From NCBI RefSeq assembly GCF_004010195.1, contig NC_057758.1, forward strand, positions 9,234,623 to 9,298,622: a stretch of DNA of 64,000 bases. The letters are read 5' to 3'. This document shows positions 61,401 to 64,000 of this stretch, piece by piece. Source of the stretch: Chiloscyllium plagiosum. Lineage: Eukaryota. Numbering within the stretch: position 1 is the first letter of the stretch; the number at the start of each line of letters is the position of its first letter. A program made the translations under genes and the position numbers. Under the pieces are notes generated by a model. The model saw nothing but the letters and a program-made list of their open reading frames with translations. It was not told the DNA's origin and made no database searches.

Positions 61401-61520
61401 TGCAACAGCAAGACAAGACAACAAAAAACATACATGTTGAGGCGTACTCCGAAAAGGAGGCAGAGGATAGTTCTGAGGGTTACTATCTGAAAGATAGGAT
61501 CCTAAAACGAAAATGGAGAA
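58426..61520 (+). mobile_element. Decayed Gmr1-like gypsy element: LTR (~58426-59154), PBS, gag, PR
   Basis: PBS-like tggaggctcaggtccgtgg at ~59158; gag KLVGRASEVFAALSDE..IILLEEFK..AELTDEYTLVHK; PR VIILRHIGSNQSL; YYLKDRILKRKWR before IN. Confidence 0.8.
61150..61376 (+). mobile_element. Short retroposon (possible CR1 5' UTR joined to a (TTCTATG)n tail) inserted in gypsy pol
   Basis: GC-rich body ending ttctatgttctatgttctat; gypsy sequence on both sides. Confidence 0.5.
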
Positions 61521-61919
61521 TGCTGGCAGGTTATGCATTTTCTATAACTCGCAACGTCTAGTTACTTACTCTTACAAGTAATCATGTCGGCAAAAAGGTT
61601 TAATAATTCCTAAAACAGCCCAGCAGAGTGTGGTATTTTATCACTTTAAACAAACGGGGGGCAGACAGAGGGAGAGGGGAGGAGATCCATTTTGATCCCC
61701 ATTTCAATTACTCAAACCCAAACCAAAAGTGTTCCAACTGCACGGAGATGCAGAAAAACAGATTCAAACGTGCATACACACACAGATTCTGAAACACACA
61801 TAACATGCACAGAGGGATAGCCAAATACAGAAGTCACACAGAGACAAATATAGGCACACAGAAATAGACAAACATAGACAGCAATATACAGATACATACT
61901 TGAACACACAAATGCACAT

Positions 61920-64000
61920 GGAGTCATAGAGTAATCGAGGAGGTTTAGAGACAGATCTATCAGCCCATACAGTCCATTCTGACCATAATCCCAAATGAAA
62001 CAAGTTCCAACTGCCTGCGTTTGCCTCATATTTTGCCAAACCTTCTCTAATCCATTTACTTAATCAAATGTCTTTTAAACGCAGTAAATTTACCCACATC
62101 CATCACTTCCTCAGGAAGTTTATTCCAGATGCGAACCACATGCTGTGTAAAACAATGCCCCCTCCTATGTCCTCATCAGGCATACCCGAGAATTCTATGG
62201 GAAGCTAGGGAAGTGATTGAGATATTTGCATCATCGATAGTCACAGCTAAAGTTCTAGAAGAATGGGGGTTAGTTGCTGTTGAGACATTATTAAAAAAGC
62301 TGGGAAGGAAAAGCCAGGGAACAGTAGACATCAAAGTGGGCAAATTGTTGATGAAATCCTGAGTGACAAGATTGAGATGCATTTGGATTAGGGATAGAGA
62401 AATTGCTTTTTGCGTTGTGATCGTGTCTCACTAACTTGATTAATTTATTTGAAGAAGTAACAAAGAGGATTGATGAAGGCAGAGTGGTGCACGTGATCTA
62501 TATGAACTTCAGTTAGGCATTTGACAAGGTTCCTCATGGCTGACTGGTTATCAAGGTTAGAACACATAGAATACAGGGAGAACTAGCCATTTGGTTACAG
62601 GACTGGCCCAAAGGTGGAAGACGGAGTGTGTGTTAGAGGGTTGCTTTTCGGACTGGAGATCTGAACCAGTGGTGTGCCATAAGAATTGGTGCTAGGTACG
62701 CTGATTTTCATAATTTATATAAATGATTACAACTGGATCTTGCTCAGTTGGGCCAGTGGACCTAGGGGTGGCTGTTGGAGTGTAATTTAGATAAATGTGA
62801 GCTGTTCCATTTTGAAAACGCATATTTGGGCAGGACTTGTACACTTGATAGTAAGGTTCTGGGGAGTGTTACTGAAAAAAGAGACCTTAGTTTCATAGTT
62901 CCTTGAAAGTGGAGTTGCAGGTAGATAGAATAGTGATAAAGGTATTTGATATGCGTGCCTTTATTGGTCAGTGTATTGAGTATATAGAATCATAGAGATG
63001 TACAGCACGGCAACAGACCCTTCAGTCCAACTCGTCCATGTCAACGAGATATCCCAACCCAATCTAGTGCGTCCTGCCAACACCTGGCCCATATCCCTCC
63101 AAACACTTACTGTTCATATACCTTTTAAATATTGCAATTGCACCAGCCTGCACCACTTCCTCTGGCAGCTTATTCCATAAACGTACCACCCTCTGGGTGA
63201 ACTGGGAAGTCGGATTGCGGCTATATAGGACATTGGTTAGGCCATTTTTAGAATAACGTGCACAATTCCGGTCTCCCTCCTTTCGGAAAGATGTTGTGAA
63301 AATTGAAAGGGTTCAGAAGAGATTTACAAAGATTTTACAAAGTTGGTGGGCTTGAGCTACAGGAAGAGCTTTTATATTTTGAGGCTATTTTCCCTGGAGC
63401 GGCAGAGACTGAGAGGTGATCCTACAGTTTTAAAAAATCAGGAGTGACATGGAGACGATGAATAGCCGAGATCTTTTCCCCAGGGTAGCACATTCCAAAC
63501 TTGGCTTAGGTTAAAGCTGAGAGAGGAAAGACTTAAACGGGATATAACGGGCAACATTTTCGCACAGAGAGTGGTAAGTGTGTAACGAGCTGTCAGAGGA
63601 TTTGGTGGTGGCGGGTACATCTACAGCGTTTAAAATGCATCTGGAAGGGCCCATGAATAGTAAGTGTTTTGAGAGATATGAGCTAAGTTCTGGCAATGGG
63701 ACTTGATTAATTTTGGGTATCTGGTCTGCAGAGACGATTTGGACCAAAGGGTCTATTGCTATGACGTGATGACTTCTTAAAAACTTTCTCCTCTCATCTT
63801 AAAACTATTCGCCTCGTTTTAAAATCCCCGACACCAGAGAAAAGACACCCGCCATTAAACGTTATCTATATCATTCGTTGATAGATAAACCTCTATAAGA
63901 TCACCTCTCAATCTCCTAAGCTCCAGTGAAAACACCTCCCAGCCTATCCAGCCTCTTCTTAAACCTAAAACACTCCATTCCTGGCAACATCGTGGTAAGT
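61920..64000. mobile_element. Cluster of CR1 fragments in both orientations (+ 62170-62985, 63200-63775; - 61920-62165, 62985-63195, 63780-64000)
   Basis: AYPRILWEARE, FEEVTKRIDEG, AFDKVPH, LFSLERQRLRGD, and 3' UTR tails. Confidence 0.85.

Overview
Eukaryotic, repeat-dense window. The SINE, CR1 and Penelope families point to a cartilaginous fish, probably a shark (inference). One credible host coding exon is present: a class A GPCR of the GPR139/GPR142-like group on the minus strand (29309-30195). Its ORF is intact and starts at a phase-1 splice acceptor inside TM1, and I could not find its first exon in the 33 kb upstream. The rest is a nested stack of transposon relics: many CR1 LINE fragments, HE1/V-type tRNA SINEs, four decayed Gmr1-like Ty3/gypsy elements (integrase before RT), and at least three Penelope-like families. 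The Penelope-like copies carry minimal hammerhead ribozyme motifs. They range from a 4.1 kb element with inverted terminal repeats to 70-700 bp target-site-duplicated mini-elements, some palindromic. The window also holds a 2.1 kb 23-bp satellite, a 26-bp intronic minisatellite, an unexplained diverged ~1 kb duplication, several short local inversions and three N gaps. All alignments were made by eye, so TE boundaries are approximate unless a TSD is quoted.
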